Assembly: GCA_044892505.1 (NCBI GenBank)
Contig: CM097883.1
Coordinates: 410,006,001 to 410,070,000, forward strand
Source of the DNA: Schmidtea nova
Lineage: Eukaryota
Length of the DNA stretch: 64,000 bases
Direction: 5' to 3'
The notes under the pieces were generated by a model. The model had not been told where the DNA came from, did not search any database, and saw only the letters and a program-made list of their open reading frames with translations. A program made the position numbers and the translations under genes. Positions within the stretch are counted from its first letter, which is position 1. Every line of letters begins with the position of its first letter. Shown here piece by piece: positions 62,220 through 64,000 of this stretch.

Positions 62220-64000
62220 TGTGTAAGGGATGATATTTAATATAATGGACAATTTACAATGGATGTGATTAATTGAGTGCTTGTGGAGTATATCTAGATA
62301 TGTGATGCAGACATATGTTGTTGGATGAATTTTTTGGGCGTGTGATGCTGATGGATGTTAATGCATGAAATTATGTGGTATGTGTGTGTTGTAGTTAAGT
62401 GGATGTTGTATGTGGTATTAGATATGGATGGTGTTAATGAATGGAATGGATGTGTTGTTTTGCAAATATGGATGTATTATGACTTTTGTGATATCGGGGG
62501 GGGGGGGGTATTTATAAAATAATATATATTTATATATAATATAATTTTAGAATTAAAATGATAATAATAATTTTATAATTCTTTCTACAAATTTTAAATT
62601 TACAATTTTATAAAAGTTATATAATAATAAAATTTCTAATTTTTATAATATGATAATAAATCTTTGAATTCTAATTTTTATATTTTAAGGATATATACAT
62701 AAAATAATTTTTAGAATTAAGATAATAACCATATCAATTGTAAATTTTTCATGCAAAATTTTAAATTTAGAATTTTATAAAATAATAAAATTTCTAATAT
62801 AATAATAAAATTTTTGACTTATAATTTTCACGTATTCCAATATAAGGTTTGATATAAAAATTTCTAGGAAAACTTTTGATTTATAATTTTTATATTATAA
62901 TATTTTACATAACATAGTATTTATAAAAGTGAATTTTATTTTTATAATCAATTCTGAAAATTCTATAAAATTTATACAATAAATAAAATTTATTCATAAA
63001 TTTCCTAATCCAAATAATTCAATCAAAAAAAAATTTTATATATTAAATTATCTTATAAATAATTTTCATAAAAGAATACATAACATATCATATAATAATA
63101 CATAGACGAATGTTAAAATAAATCAAAATACCTGGGCCGGGTAGCGAGGGCATGATCTCGCGGGCCTTTACAATTAGGAAACAAAATCAAGTTTCTTACG
63201 AAATGATTCGATTACCGGCTACAAGTAATCTTCTTCTCGTAGTATTCTGGTAGAGTTATACTGGTATACTAGTTGGCAGTAAGAGATTCTCTGTTAAAAT
63301 TTCCCTACTAAAAACCTCAAAATTTTTAGCAACAAAATTCTTCCACAAGTTCTTCGTAAATTCTGATTCTCTTCATTTTGATGGCGGTATATATACCTTC
63401 TTCTGTGTGTTATATTCATTGAAGTATTAAAACAAATTGTTCTAGAAGGAGTTTCTAATTTTCTAGAAATTAATTTCAACAATTTTCCGCTAAATCAAAT
63501 TAATATTTTTACACAAAATTTTCATAAAACTTTAAATAATTTATTTTTAATCCAAAATTTTACTTTTGAATTAAAGTTTATTTTAATTTGACTTAATTTG
63601 TTATATTTTTCGACAAAAATTGTTTTCTTTTATATTTTTACGAAATTTTATGATAAAATCGCAATCTTCCTTCTGAAAATATGTTAATCTTTTCACAACT
63701 GAGGTTTGGGTTATTATATGGGTTTTCTACGTAAATATTCAATGTTCTTTTGGCCCATTCTAGTTTTTAGGCTTGTTTTTATTTAACCAGTTCGGTTTTA
63801 ATTGATGTTTTGGTTAAATTAGAATCTTGTGAGCTCTCTACTTGTTGTGTTACCGCTTTATTTAAACCAATTTTAGTTTTCGCCCAACAACTGTGTCTAC
63901 ACATAAAACATCTAGCAAGGATATGATTGTAGAAAAAAATCTGCACAAACAAAACAGTAGTTTGTACAGCTTCCTGGACATTGTTTTGCTGATGCATTTC
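62220..64000 (+). mobile_element. Second copy of the 1-3170 repeat (candidate 3' UTR, PPT G13 at 62496-62508, long LTR); runs off the window
   Basis: Same ordered landmarks as 1-3170. Confidence 0.5.

Overview
Very AT-rich eukaryotic (animal-like) genomic DNA with 40-55 nt GT-AG introns and two N-gaps. The composition and transposon mix would fit a planarian-type invertebrate, but the species cannot be determined from sequence alone. Host genes: two intact 4-exon EAF (ELL-associated factor) paralogs, two intact single-exon double-RING proteins with a mosaic divergence pattern, and a truncated NOP9-like pseudogene. Most of the rest is mobile DNA: a 5'-truncated Penelope-like element with a hammerhead motif, a second PLE relic with a decayed hammerhead, an internally deleted Helitron, a full-length disabled piggyBac whose empty site is visible in a neighbouring tandem duplicate, hAT and mariner relics, nested MITEs, three LTRs of one family and a Maverick/Polinton polB relic. 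The most unusual signal is an unrecognised, decaying multi-ORF cassette that occurs about six times on both strands (23.6-24.8, 25.5-26.7, 30.6-31.6, 35.5-35.8, 55.5-56.9, 61.2-61.6 kb). It encodes an F-box-like motif, a W-x(4-6)-WP domain and a downstream coiled-coil ORF, and contains no RT or transposase. It may be an accessory module of a giant LTR element, whose candidate PPT/LTR-like ends lie at both window edges. All homology calls are by eye; no searches were run.
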